NCBI GenBank assembly: GCA_035456405.1
Contig: DATIDG010000094.1
Location: 8,625-72,624, forward strand
Length of the DNA stretch: 64,000 nucleotides
Direction: 5' to 3'
From: Burkholderiales bacterium
Lineage (GTDB): Bacteria; Pseudomonadota; Gammaproteobacteria; Burkholderiales; SG8-39
The position numbers and the translations under genes were made by a program. Shown one piece after another: positions 8,755 to 17,326 of the stretch (positions are counted from its first letter, which is position 1; each line of letters opens with the position of its first letter). Under the pieces are notes generated by a model. That model ran no database searches. It worked only from the letters and a program-made list of their open reading frames with translations, and was not told the origin of the DNA.

Positions 8755-9500
8755 CCGCGACACTGGCAATCCCCCCGGAGGGCCCGCTCTTCGAGGGGCA
8801 TTTCCCGGGGCGACCGATCCTGCCGGGGGTCGCGCTCCTGGCGCTGGTCGCCGGGGCGCTCGGTCGCACTGCGCCGCTGCGGGGCGTTCCGTTCGCACGC
8901 TTGCGCCAACCGGTGTTCCCCGGCGACGCGCTCGCGATCGCGGCGCGCGAGCTTGCGCCGGACCGGCTCCGGGTCGGCGTCACCCGCGGGCAGGCCGTAG
9001 TGGCCCACGCCGAGCTCGAGTTCGGCTGGCTGCCAGTCGCCGGTGTCGCGATGCCGGTCGCTCCGGACACGGGCGCTGCATTCCCGGAGGCGCTGCTGCC
9101 GCACCGGCCGCCGATGCGCTTCGTCGTCGGCGTCGTCCGCGACTCGGCCGACGGCCTGGTGGGCGAGGCGCGGATCCCGGAGGCCTGCGCGCTCGTGCAC
9201 GCGGGAACAGCGCCCGCGATCGCGGTGGTCGAGGCGGCGGCGCAATGCGCGGCGCTTTGGGAGGCGCTCGGGCGCGTGCGCGCTGGCGGCGCCGCGGGTG
9301 CGCGCGTCGGTTATCTCGTCAGCCTGCGGGACGTTCGCCTGCACGAGGTGCGCGTGCCTGCGGAAACGGGCTTCCGCGTGCACATCGCGCTCGAAGAGGC
9401 CGCGATGCCGATGACCTGGTACCGCATGCGGGTCGCGCTCGGCGCGCGCGAGATCGCCACCGGGGCGATCGCGACCTATCTGACCAACGAACCGGCCTGA
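8751..9500 (+). CDS. Fused double-hotdog dehydratase (FabZ/FabA-like N-half, ApeP-like C-half)
   Basis: The ATG at 8751 overlaps the methyltransferase stop (ATGA). The N-half has LFEGHFPGRPILPGV, the FabZ-type active-site motif. The C-half has LLPHRPPMRFVVGVV, typical of thioester dehydratases in aryl-polyene-like clusters. Confidence 0.75.
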   Translation: MTATLAIPPEGPLFEGHFPGRPILPGVALLALVAGALGRTAPLRGVPFARLRQPVFPGDALAIAARELAPDRLRVGVTRGQAVVAHAELEFGWLPVAGVAMPVAPDTGAAFPEALLPHRPPMRFVVGVVRDSADGLVGEARIPEACALVHAGTAPAIAVVEAAAQCAALWEALGRVRAGGAAGARVGYLVSLRDVRLHEVRVPAETGFRVHIALEEAAMPMTWYRMRVALGAREIATGAIATYLTNEPA

Positions 9501-9656
9501 GGGGTCGACGGCCTTCGCCGGGCGCCCCGGATTGGACTTCAGCCCTTCTTGCCTGATGGATGCTGCAACGAAGCTACGCCCCGCCACGCCCGCCGGCGCA
9601 CCGGAGCTCACCGTCTCCGGCGGGCTCCGTCGCTGCCACGTTAGAGCGTCCCCTGC

Positions 9657-10115
9657 ATGCGCATCGGCCTGATCTCCGACACGCACGGCCTGATCCGCCC
9701 GGAGGCGCTCGACGCGATGCGCGGCTGCGCGCACATCCTCCACGCCGGCGACATCGGCAAGCCCGAGATCCTCGACGCGCTGCGGCCGATTGCGCCGCTG
9801 ACAGCGGTGCGCGGTAACAACGACCGCGCCGCGTGGGCGCGTGCGATCCGCGACACCGAGGCCCTCGAGCTCGGCGACGTCGCGATCTACCTGATCCACG
9901 AAATCGGGCTGCTCGACGTCGACCCCGCGGCGGACGGGTTCGGCGTGGTGGTCTCCGGCCACTCGCACCGGCCGGCAATCGAGACGCGCGCGGGAGTGCT
10001 CTACGTCAACCCGGGCAGCGCCGGGCCGCGCCGCTTCACGCTGCCGGTGTCGGTGGGATTCCTCGAGATCGAGGCCGGTACGCTTCGCGCGCGCATCGAG
10101 CGCCTGCCGGTCTGA
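9657..10115 (+). CDS. YfcE/MJ0936-family metallophosphoesterase
   Basis: 152-aa ORF with the motifs ISDTHG, HAGD, GNND and GHSH in canonical order. Confidence 0.85.
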   Translation: MRIGLISDTHGLIRPEALDAMRGCAHILHAGDIGKPEILDALRPIAPLTAVRGNNDRAAWARAIRDTEALELGDVAIYLIHEIGLLDVDPAADGFGVVVSGHSHRPAIETRAGVLYVNPGSAGPRRFTLPVSVGFLEIEAGTLRARIERLPV

Positions 10116-10142
10116 TCGTCGCCGATCAGGCGCGCAGCCCGG

Positions 10143-11057
10143 TCATGCAACAACCAGCGGCACGAGATCGCCGCCTTCGCGACGGAGCGCGCGAGCGCGC
10201 TCGAGGTCCTCGACCAGCCACTCCGCCATCGCCTCGGGCGTCATGCCGAGGAACTCGCGGTTGACGTGTCGCAGGATGCCGACCGTTTCGCAGTAGCGCG
10301 GCAGCCCGGCGACCGGCATACGGCGCTTCTGCAGCAGCGCGAACACGATCATCACCTTCGCCGTGTGGCGCGCGAGCCGCGTGAGGTCGCGCTCGAAGCC
10401 TTCCAGTCGGCTGTAGGCGCGCTCGAGCGCCGGCACGACGCGGTCGAACACCGGGCCGTGACCCGGGATCACCGTGCGCGGGTCGAGCCCCGCGATTGAG
10501 TCGAGCGTCTTGCGCGTTTGCACGAGCGCGTGCGTGTCGCCGAACAGCGCCGGGAAGATCACGCCGAAGCCGTCCTCCCACAGCGCGTCGCCGGCGATCA
10601 GCACGCGCTCCACCGGGGCCCAGAACATCAACGCGTGCGGGTCGTGGCCGGGCGCCGCGAGCGCCTGCCACTCGATGTCGCCCATGCGGAAGGTGTCGCC
10701 GGCGGTCAGCGTGTCGTCGTAGCGGAAGCGCTCGGCGCGCTGGTCGGCGAAGCCGAGGATGAGCGCCTCCTCGTCCCAGGCGTCGATGAGCGGAGCCTCG
10801 CCCACGGGAATGGTCGTCCGACAGGCGAACTTCTCCTGCACCGCACGGTTGCCGCCCATGTGATCGGAGTGGCAGTGCGTGTTGACGAGCCACGAAAGCG
10901 GCCGACCCGCGAGCGCGTGATCGAGCAGCGCAAGCGTCTGGGGAGCGTGGTCGCCGTACCCGGAGTCGACCAGCGTCACGCCGTCGCTGCCCGCGAGCAG
11001 GATGTTGTTGCACGACAGCCAGCCGCGCTCGAGCACCTGGATCTGGTGTGGGATCAT
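10143..11057 (-). CDS. MBL-fold metallo-hydrolase
   Basis: 304-aa ORF with the NTHCHSDHMGG (HxHxDH) motif. Confidence 0.85.
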   Translation of the reverse strand: MIPHQIQVLERGWLSCNNILLAGSDGVTLVDSGYGDHAPQTLALLDHALAGRPLSWLVNTHCHSDHMGGNRAVQEKFACRTTIPVGEAPLIDAWDEEALILGFADQRAERFRYDDTLTAGDTFRMGDIEWQALAAPGHDPHALMFWAPVERVLIAGDALWEDGFGVIFPALFGDTHALVQTRKTLDSIAGLDPRTVIPGHGPVFDRVVPALERAYSRLEGFERDLTRLARHTAKVMIVFALLQKRRMPVAGLPRYCETVGILRHVNREFLGMTPEAMAEWLVEDLERARALRREGGDLVPLVVA

Positions 11058-11125
11058 GGCGCCGACGAGCGCGCTGACCTGGGGGATCGCAAGGGGGCAT
11101 CGCTCCCTTGCGTCGTTACAGTGCT

Positions 11126-11148
11126 CCAGCCGCGCTCGAGGACCTGGA
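11126..11148. repeat. Direct-repeat copy (22/23 nt) of 11019-11041, a degenerate duplicate of the 5' end of the MBL hydrolase gene
   Basis: CCAGCCGCGCTCGAG(C/G)ACCTGGA occurs inside the gene (codons QVLERGW) and again 107 bp upstream. The upstream copy translates to SVQVLERGWSTVTTQGSD, against the genic QIQVLERGWLSCNNILLAGSDG. Confidence 0.6.
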
Positions 11149-11169
11149 CGGATTTCGGAAGCAACGGGG

Positions 11170-11394
11170 CTAGCGGGAGGTGTGCTTGCGCGCTTCGAGT
11201 CGCGCGCGCACGGCGAGCTTCTCCTCGCGCGAATAGCCCGACCAGCAGGCGATCTCGTCGAGAGTGCGGTAGCAGCCGTCGCACAGGCCGGTCGCGTCGT
11301 TCATCCGGCAGACGTTGATGCACGGCGACGGCACGTCGCTGCCCGGGGCGTTCTGCGGCGCGGCGATTGACGGGATCGGGATGACGTTCTTCAC
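11170..11394 (-). CDS. DUF1289-like small Cys-rich protein
   Basis: [29 protein letters not shown] matches the DUF1289 cysteine pattern. The GTG at 11394 overlaps the hmgL stop (GTGA). It is the C-terminal tail of artefactual ORF 11170-12873. Confidence 0.6.
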   Translation of the reverse strand: MKNVIPIPSIAAPQNAPGSDVPSPCINVCRMNDATGLCDGCYRTLDEIACWSGYSREEKLAVRARLEARKHTSR

Positions 11395-12299
11395 GCCGCC
11401 CTCTTCGCAGCCAGCGCCTTCGCGACCTTCGACGTCGGCTCGCGGCCGAGCGCGGCGCAGATGAATCGGCCGGCCTCGAACACCTTCCCGAGGTCGACGC
11501 CGGTCGCGATCCCGAGCCCGTCGAGCATGTAGACGACGTCCTCGGTCGCGACGTTGCCGGACGCGCCCTTCGCGTAGGGGCAGCCGCCGAGGCCCGCGAC
11601 CGAGCTGTCCGCGGTGGCGACGCCCATCTCCAGGGCCGCGTACAGGTTGGCGAGCGCCTGGCCATAGGTGTCGTGCAGATGCACCGCGAGCCGGCCGATC
11701 GGCACCTCGCCGGCAACCGCGTCGATCATCGCGCGCACCTTGCCCGGCGTGCCGACGCCGATCGTGTCGCCGAGCGAGATCTCGTAGCAGCCCATCGCGT
11801 CCAGCGCTTTCGCCACCGCCGCAACCGCGGCCGGCGCGATCGGGCCCTCGTAGGGACACCCCGCGACGCAGGAGATATACCCGCGCATGCGCATGCCCTT
11901 CTCGCGCGCGGCCCGCGCGACCGGCGCAAACCGCTCCAGGCTCTCCGCGATCGAGCAGTTGATGTTCTTGCGGCTGAAGGTCTCCGACGCCGCGCCGAAG
12001 AGCGCGATCTCGTCGACGCCGGCCTCGACCGCGGACTCGAAGCCCTTCATGTTCGGCACGAGCACCGGGTACGACACCCCGGGCTTGCGGCGGATGCCCT
12101 TCAGCACCGCCGCGGAATCCGCCATCTGCGGCACCCACTTCGGCGACACGAACGCGCCGGCCTCGACCGCCGGCAGGCCGGCGTCGGCGAGCCGGTTCAC
12201 GAGTTCGATCTTCGTCGCGGTCGGGACGGTCTGCGGCTCGTTCTGCAGGCCGTCGCGCGGACCCACTTCGAAGATGCGGACTTTCGGCGGGAGTGCCAT
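11391..12299 (-). CDS. hmgL: Hydroxymethylglutaryl-CoA lyase
   Basis: 302-aa ORF with [15 protein letters not shown] and GLGGCPYA motifs. It lies in liu-cluster context. Confidence 0.92.
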   Translation of the reverse strand: MALPPKVRIFEVGPRDGLQNEPQTVPTATKIELVNRLADAGLPAVEAGAFVSPKWVPQMADSAAVLKGIRRKPGVSYPVLVPNMKGFESAVEAGVDEIALFGAASETFSRKNINCSIAESLERFAPVARAAREKGMRMRGYISCVAGCPYEGPIAPAAVAAVAKALDAMGCYEISLGDTIGVGTPGKVRAMIDAVAGEVPIGRLAVHLHDTYGQALANLYAALEMGVATADSSVAGLGGCPYAKGASGNVATEDVVYMLDGLGIATGVDLGKVFEAGRFICAALGREPTSKVAKALAAKRAA

Positions 12300-12302
12300 C
12301 CC

Positions 12303-12312
12303 GCGATTCTAG
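12303..12312 (-). promoter_or_regulatory. CTAGAATCGC box (-10-like TAGAAT) 6 nt upstream of the hmgL ATG
   Basis: The gene-sense strand reads ggctaCTAGAATCGCgggATG. It is one of four identical 10-mers in the window. It also contains the TAG stop of the upstream gene. Confidence 0.3.
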
Positions 12313-13235
12313 TAGCCCCGCGCGGGGTCGACCACGCCGGTGATCGACTCGCCGCGCTCGATTGCGCGGATCTTGCCGGCGACCTGCGCGACCGACTCCT
12401 CGACGAGCGTCAGCGCCGAGACGTGGGGCGTGAGGAAGACCTTCGGGTGCGTCCAGAAGCGATGCGAGGCGGGCAGCGGCTCCTCGTGGAACACGTCGAG
12501 CGTCGCGCCGGCGAGGTGCCCATTGTCGAGGTGGGCGATGAGATCGTCGTCGACGACCAGCCCACCGCGCGCGACGTTCACGAGGTACGCGCCCTGGGGA
12601 AGCTTGCCGAGCGTGTCGCGGTTCAGCAGCCCGGCGGTGTCGGGCGTGAGCGGGAGCATGCACACGAGCGCGCGTGTCGCGCCGAGGAAGGCGTCGAGCC
12701 CGTCGCGGCCGGCGAACGTGCGCACTTCGGCGAGCGTCTTGGCGTTTGCGCTCCAGCCGAGAACCGGAAACCCGAGCCAGAGAAGCATCTTCGCGAGCCG
12801 CGTCCCGAGCACGCCCAGGCCCATCACGCCGACCGGGAACTCCGCGTGCGTGCGCGGGCGGTGAACCTTCCATTCGGCGCGCGCAGCTTGCGCGGCGTAG
12901 TCATCGAGGCGGCGGAAGTAGCGCAGTACCGCCCACGCGACGTACTCCCCCATCTGCCGTCCCATGCCCGCGTCCTCGAGGCGCACGAGCGGCACGCCGG
13001 GCGGGAGCGCGAACGCCTTCAGCGTCGCGTCGACGCCGGCGCCGAGGTTGAACGCCGCCTTGATCCGCGCCTGGCCGTCGAGGAGCTCGCGCGGAGGTTG
13101 CCAGAACGCGCAATAGTCGGCCTCCCACGCGAAGCCGGGCGACCACATCCGGATCTCTGCTTCGGGCAGCGCGCGCGCGAACGCCTCCCGCCACTCGTCT
13201 GCGTTTTTCGAGGGAATGTGGAGAAGGACTTTCAA
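12309..13235 (-). CDS. ghrA: D-2-hydroxyacid dehydrogenase, glyoxylate/hydroxypyruvate reductase A-like
   Basis: 308-aa ORF. The N-terminal pattern (...ADYCAFWQPPRELL...KAAFNLGAGVDATL) parallels E. coli GhrA as I remember it. A GVMGLGVLG NAD(P) motif is present. Confidence 0.7.
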   Translation of the reverse strand: MKVLLHIPSKNADEWREAFARALPEAEIRMWSPGFAWEADYCAFWQPPRELLDGQARIKAAFNLGAGVDATLKAFALPPGVPLVRLEDAGMGRQMGEYVAWAVLRYFRRLDDYAAQAARAEWKVHRPRTHAEFPVGVMGLGVLGTRLAKMLLWLGFPVLGWSANAKTLAEVRTFAGRDGLDAFLGATRALVCMLPLTPDTAGLLNRDTLGKLPQGAYLVNVARGGLVVDDDLIAHLDNGHLAGATLDVFHEEPLPASHRFWTHPKVFLTPHVSALTLVEESVAQVAGKIRAIERGESITGVVDPARGY

Positions 13236-13278
13236 CGGGTCCTGCGTCGCTTCGGCACGGCCGGGTCGACGACGGTCG

Positions 13279-15279
13279 CTAAGTCGCGTCGAAGCGAACG
13301 AGCTCGGCGCCTTCGGCCACCTGGTCGCCGACGCCGTAGAGGATCTCCTTCACGCTGCCGGCCGCCGGCGCCATGATCGTGTGCTCCATCTTCATCGCTT
13401 CCATGATGAGGATCGGCACGCCGCGCTCTACCTTCGCGCCAGCTTCCACCAGTACCGCGATCACCTTGCCGGGCATCGGCGCGGTGAGGCCGCCACCGTG
13501 CGCGTCGGCCTCCACCTCGGCGAGCCAAGGGTCGTGGAGCTCCAGGGTGTGCCGCTCGCCGGTGTGAAACACGTCGATGGTCGTCCCGCCGCGTGTCACC
13601 GTCGCGGCGAGCGACTCGTCGTCGAGCCAAGCGCGCACGCCCGTTTCGCCGTCCGCCTCGCAGGACAGCATGCGGCGTCCGCCCGGCAGCTCGACCTCGA
13701 AGGCGTTGCCCGGCCGGTAGTGCACCGTGACCGCGTGCTGCCGGTCGCCCACCCTGAAGACGAAGACGTGGTGGTTGTCCTGGTTTAGGCGCCAGCCGTC
13801 GCAGTCACTCCAGGGCGACCAGGGATCTCCCGACGCCACCGCATGTGCCCGCGCCTCGCGGCCGAGGCGCAGTAGCTGCGCGGACGTCGCAAGCGCGAGC
13901 ACTTCGTCGGGCAAGGGCGCCGGCGGCGGGAACAGCTCGTCGCGCGAACGCTCGATCAGGCCGGTGTCGAGGTCGGCGCTCGCGAACGCGCTCGACGACA
14001 CGAGCCGGGAGAGGAAGCCGATGTTGGTGGTCAGGCCGACGATCTCGAATTCGCCGAGTGCGTCTTTCATCCGCCGCAGCGCCGCGGCCCGGTCCCGGTC
14101 CCAGACGATCAGCTTCGCGATCATCGGGTCGTAGTGCGGCGAGATTTCGTCCCCGGCGGCGACGCCGGTGTCGACGCGCACGTGCCGTGAGGCCGCAGGC
14201 GTAGCGAGATGCACGATTCGCCCGGTCGCGGGCAGGAAGCCCTTCGCCGGGTCCTCGGCGTACACCCGCGCCTCAAGTGCGTGGCCGTCGATCACGAGCT
14301 CGTGCTGCTTCTTCGGCAGCGGCTCGCCCCACGCCACGCGGAGCTGCCACTCGACGAGGTCCTCGCCGGTGATCATCTCGGTCACCGGGTGCTCGACCTG
14401 CAGGCGTGTGTTCATCTCCATGAAATGGAACGTGCCCGACTGGTCGGCGATGAACTCCACCGTGCCGGCGCTCACGTAGCCGATCGCCTTCGCCGCGGCG
14501 ACCGCGGCCGCGCCCATGGCGGTGCGGCGGTCGGCGGACATGCCCGGCGCAGGCGCTTCCTCGAGCACTTTCTGGTGGCGGCGCTGCACCGAGCAGTCGC
14601 GCTCGAAGAGGTACGCGCAGTTGCCGTGCCGGTCCGCGAACACCTGGATCTCGATGTGCCGCGGGCGGCGGAGGTACTTCTCGACCAGCACCCGGTCGTC
14701 GCCAAAGGCCGAGGCCGCCTCGCGTTTGCACGATGCGAGCGCCGCGGCGAAGTCCGCTGCGCTCTCGACGATCCGCATGCCCTTGCCGCCGCCGCCGGCG
14801 GAGGCCTTGATCAGTACCGGGTAGCCGATGCGGTCGGACTGGCCCTGCAGATACTTCGCGTCCTGCTTGTCGCCGTGATAGCCCGGCACCAGCGGGACGC
14901 CGGCCTTCTCCATGATCGCCTTCGCCGCGCTCTTCGAGCCCATCGCGCGGATCGCGGCTGCCGGCGGGCCGATGAACGCCACGCCCGCCTTTTCGCAAGC
15001 CTCGGCGAAGTCCTCGTTCTCCGAGAGGAACCCGTAGCCGGGATGGATCGCCTGCGCGCCCGATCGCCTGGCCGCCTCGAGGATGCGGTCGCCGCGCAAG
15101 TAGCTCTCCTTCGCTGCCGCCGGCCCGACGAGATAGGCCTCGTCGGCCGCGCGCACGTGCTGCGCGCGCGCGTCCGCCTCCGAGTAGACCGCGACGGTCT
15201 TGATGCCGAGGCGGCGGGCGGTGCGGATGACGCGGCACGCGATCTCGCCGCGGTTGGCGATGAGGATCTTGCTAAACAT
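13279..15279 (-). CDS. mccA: 3-methylcrotonyl-CoA carboxylase alpha subunit (biotin carboxylase + BCCP)
   Basis: MFSKILIANRGEIACRVIRT is a biotin carboxylase N-terminus. The C-terminal biotinylation motif EAMKMEH is present. The track start at 15282 is a TTG one codon upstream of the ATG at 15279. Confidence 0.92.
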   Translation of the reverse strand: MFSKILIANRGEIACRVIRTARRLGIKTVAVYSEADARAQHVRAADEAYLVGPAAAKESYLRGDRILEAARRSGAQAIHPGYGFLSENEDFAEACEKAGVAFIGPPAAAIRAMGSKSAAKAIMEKAGVPLVPGYHGDKQDAKYLQGQSDRIGYPVLIKASAGGGGKGMRIVESAADFAAALASCKREAASAFGDDRVLVEKYLRRPRHIEIQVFADRHGNCAYLFERDCSVQRRHQKVLEEAPAPGMSADRRTAMGAAAVAAAKAIGYVSAGTVEFIADQSGTFHFMEMNTRLQVEHPVTEMITGEDLVEWQLRVAWGEPLPKKQHELVIDGHALEARVYAEDPAKGFLPATGRIVHLATPAASRHVRVDTGVAAGDEISPHYDPMIAKLIVWDRDRAAALRRMKDALGEFEIVGLTTNIGFLSRLVSSSAFASADLDTGLIERSRDELFPPPAPLPDEVLALATSAQLLRLGREARAHAVASGDPWSPWSDCDGWRLNQDNHHVFVFRVGDRQHAVTVHYRPGNAFEVELPGGRRMLSCEADGETGVRAWLDDESLAATVTRGGTTIDVFHTGERHTLELHDPWLAEVEADAHGGGLTAPMPGKVIAVLVEAGAKVERGVPILIMEAMKMEHTIMAPAAGSVKEILYGVGDQVAEGAELVRFDAT

Positions 15280-15283
15280 CAAT

Positions 15284-15371
15284 CACCGCAAAGCCGCAGA
15301 GAGCGCCAAGCCACGCAAAGAATCACTTGGCCTTCCTCTGCGTCCTTTGCGCTCTCTGCGGCTTTGCGGTG
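15284..15371. repeat. REP-like palindromic element: perfect 23-bp inverted repeat with 42-nt spacer
   Basis: CACCGCAAAGCCGCAGAGAGCGC (15284-15306) is the exact reverse complement of 15349-15371. The spacer has nested CCAAG/CTTGG and CGCAAAG/CTTTGCG pairs. The element lies between mccA and liuC and overlaps the liuC 3' end. Confidence 0.85.
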
Positions 15372-16171
15372 GAGGGTTTGGCGTCGGCGACCCAGCTGGG
15401 CTTGCGCTTCTCGAGGAACGACCGGATCCCTTCCTTGCCCTCGTCGGACGCGCGGGCGGTCGCGATCCGGGTCGCGGTATCGCCGATCAGGTCGTCGTCG
15501 ATCGCGCGGCCGGCGACGGCACGAATCAGCTCCTTTGTCGCCGCATGCGCGGCCGGGCCGCCGGAAACGAGATGCCCGAGGATCACGTTGACCGTCCCGT
15601 CGAGCTCCTCGTCCACGGCGATCTCCTGCACGAAGCCGATGCGGTAGGCCTCGGCGGCGGTGAAGCGCTCCGCCGTGAGCATGTAGCGGTATGCCGCGCG
15701 GGCGCCCATCGCGGCGAGGACGTACGGGCTGATGGTCGCCGGGATCAGCCCCAGCTTTACTTCCGAGAGGCAGAACTCGGCGCCGTGCGCGGCGACCGCG
15801 ATGTCGCACGCGGCAACGAGGCCCATGCCGCCGGCGAAGGCCGGCCCGTGCACGCGCGCGACGGTCGGCTTCCTCATCGCATAGAGCGCGTTCAGCATGC
15901 GCGCCAGCCCGAGCGCGTCCGCGTGGTTCTGCTCGAAGCTGAACCCCGACATGCGCTTCATCCAGTTCAGGTCCGCGCCCGCGCAGAAGGCGGGCCCGTG
16001 GCCGGCGAGCACCATCGCGCGCATCGCGGCGTCGCCGTCGACCGCGCGGAACGCGTCGGTCAGCTCCGCGATCATGGTCTCGTCGAATGCGTTGCGGACG
16101 TCCGGGCGGTTGAGCCAGACGAGCGCGATGCCAGAGGGGTTCTTGTCGAGCTGGATGGTTTCGTAGGTCAT
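15323..16171 (-). CDS. liuC: Methylglutaconyl-CoA hydratase (crotonase family)
   Basis: MTYETIQLDKNPSGIALVWLNRPDVRNAF and GHGPAFCAGADL motifs. The ATG at 16171 overlaps the upstream ACAD stop (ATGA). The last roughly 17 codons are encoded by the palindromic element. Confidence 0.85.
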   Translation of the reverse strand: MTYETIQLDKNPSGIALVWLNRPDVRNAFDETMIAELTDAFRAVDGDAAMRAMVLAGHGPAFCAGADLNWMKRMSGFSFEQNHADALGLARMLNALYAMRKPTVARVHGPAFAGGMGLVAACDIAVAAHGAEFCLSEVKLGLIPATISPYVLAAMGARAAYRYMLTAERFTAAEAYRIGFVQEIAVDEELDGTVNVILGHLVSGGPAAHAATKELIRAVAGRAIDDDLIGDTATRIATARASDEGKEGIRSFLEKRKPSWVADAKPSTAKPQRAQRTQRKAK

Positions 16172-17319
16172 GGAGAGAATCGCTTGGCCACTTCTTCGAG
16201 CATCACCTCGGTCGCGCCGCCGCCGATCGCGAGCACGCGGGCGTCGCGGACCAGGCGCTCGATCGGGCTCTCGCGCATGTAGCCCATGCCGCCGTGGAAC
16301 TGCTGGCAGGCGTACATCACCTCGTTCGCCAGCTCGCCGGTCAGCGCCTTGAGCGCCGACACCTCCCGCACGCACTCGCGGCCCGCGCTCACGAGCCAGG
16401 CGCAATGATAGAGGAAAGCCCTTGCCGACTGGACCTTCGCGTCGAGCATTGCGAGGCGCTGCCGGATCACCTGCTTGTCGAAGAGCGTGGCGCCGAAGGC
16501 CGCCCGGTTCGTCACCCAGTCGAGCGTGAGCTTCAGCGCCGTCTGGCAGTGCCCGATCGCCATCGCGCCGAGCGCGATCCGCTCGGTCTGAAAGTTGCGC
16601 ATGATGGCGTAGAAGCCCTGGTTCTCGGCGCCGAGGAGGCTGCCGGCCGGGATGCGGCACGCCTCGAACACGAGCTCGGCGGTGTCGGACGAGAGCCAGC
16701 CCTGCTTCTTCAGCGCGCGGCCCACGCGAAAGCCGGGCGTGCCCTTCTCGACGACGAACATCGAGATGCCGCGCGCGCCCTTGTTCTCCACGTCGGTGCG
16801 CGCCGCGACGAAGTAGAGGTCGCCGTGCACGCCATTGGTGATGAACATCTTGGTGCCGTCCAGCACCCAGGCATCGCCGTCACGCCGCGCGCGCGTCCGG
16901 ATCGCCGCGACGTCGGAGCCGGCGTCCGGCTCCGTCACCGCGACCGCGGTCACCAGCTCGCCGGCGATCACCCTGCGCAGGTACTTGTCGAGCTGCGCCT
17001 TCGAGCCGCCGTGGACGAGATGCGGGCTCGCCATGTCCGTGTGCACGAGCACAGTCACGATGAAGCCGCCGAACGTCGAGCGCGACAGCGCTTCCTGGAA
17101 CACGACCGAGGTGATCGCGTCGGCGCCGGCGCCCCCGTACTCCGGCGGATACGTGATGCCGAGCAGGCCGAGGGCCCCGAGCTTGCGGATCACGCTGCGC
17201 GGAACGCATCCCTGCTCCTCCCACGCCTCGCCGTGCGGCTCGACCTCCTCGGCGAGGAAGCGCGCGATCGTCGCGCGTAGCTGCTCATGCTCGGGCGTGA
17301 TGTAGACGGCGTCCGGCAT
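16168..17319 (-). CDS. Acyl-CoA dehydrogenase (not the canonical isovaleryl-CoA type)
   Basis: The ATG at 17319 gives MPDAVYITPEHEQLRATIARFLAEEV. ACAD motifs VTEPDAGSD and QFHGGMGY are present. Confidence 0.88.
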   Translation of the reverse strand: MPDAVYITPEHEQLRATIARFLAEEVEPHGEAWEEQGCVPRSVIRKLGALGLLGITYPPEYGGAGADAITSVVFQEALSRSTFGGFIVTVLVHTDMASPHLVHGGSKAQLDKYLRRVIAGELVTAVAVTEPDAGSDVAAIRTRARRDGDAWVLDGTKMFITNGVHGDLYFVAARTDVENKGARGISMFVVEKGTPGFRVGRALKKQGWLSSDTAELVFEACRIPAGSLLGAENQGFYAIMRNFQTERIALGAMAIGHCQTALKLTLDWVTNRAAFGATLFDKQVIRQRLAMLDAKVQSARAFLYHCAWLVSAGRECVREVSALKALTGELANEVMYACQQFHGGMGYMRESPIERLVRDARVLAIGGGATEVMLEEVAKRFSP

Positions 17320-17326
17320 CGCCCGT

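Noticed and set aside
8709-9968. Long antisense or alternative-frame ORFs, here and for example at 7636-8898, 22237-23325, 27118-28872, 38781-40442, 46211-47749 and 57782-59575
   Set aside because: The Arg/Gly/Pro/Ala-dominated translations have no motifs. Each lies opposite or out of frame with a gene with strong family signatures. Such ORFs are expected in high-GC sequence, where stop codons are rare.
10112-10129. Hairpin CTGATCG-TCGC-CGATCAG between convergent genes, as a bidirectional terminator
   Set aside because: The 7-bp stem is real, but it overlaps the stop codon and has no flanking T/A tracts on either strand. Intrinsic terminator function cannot be supported from sequence alone.
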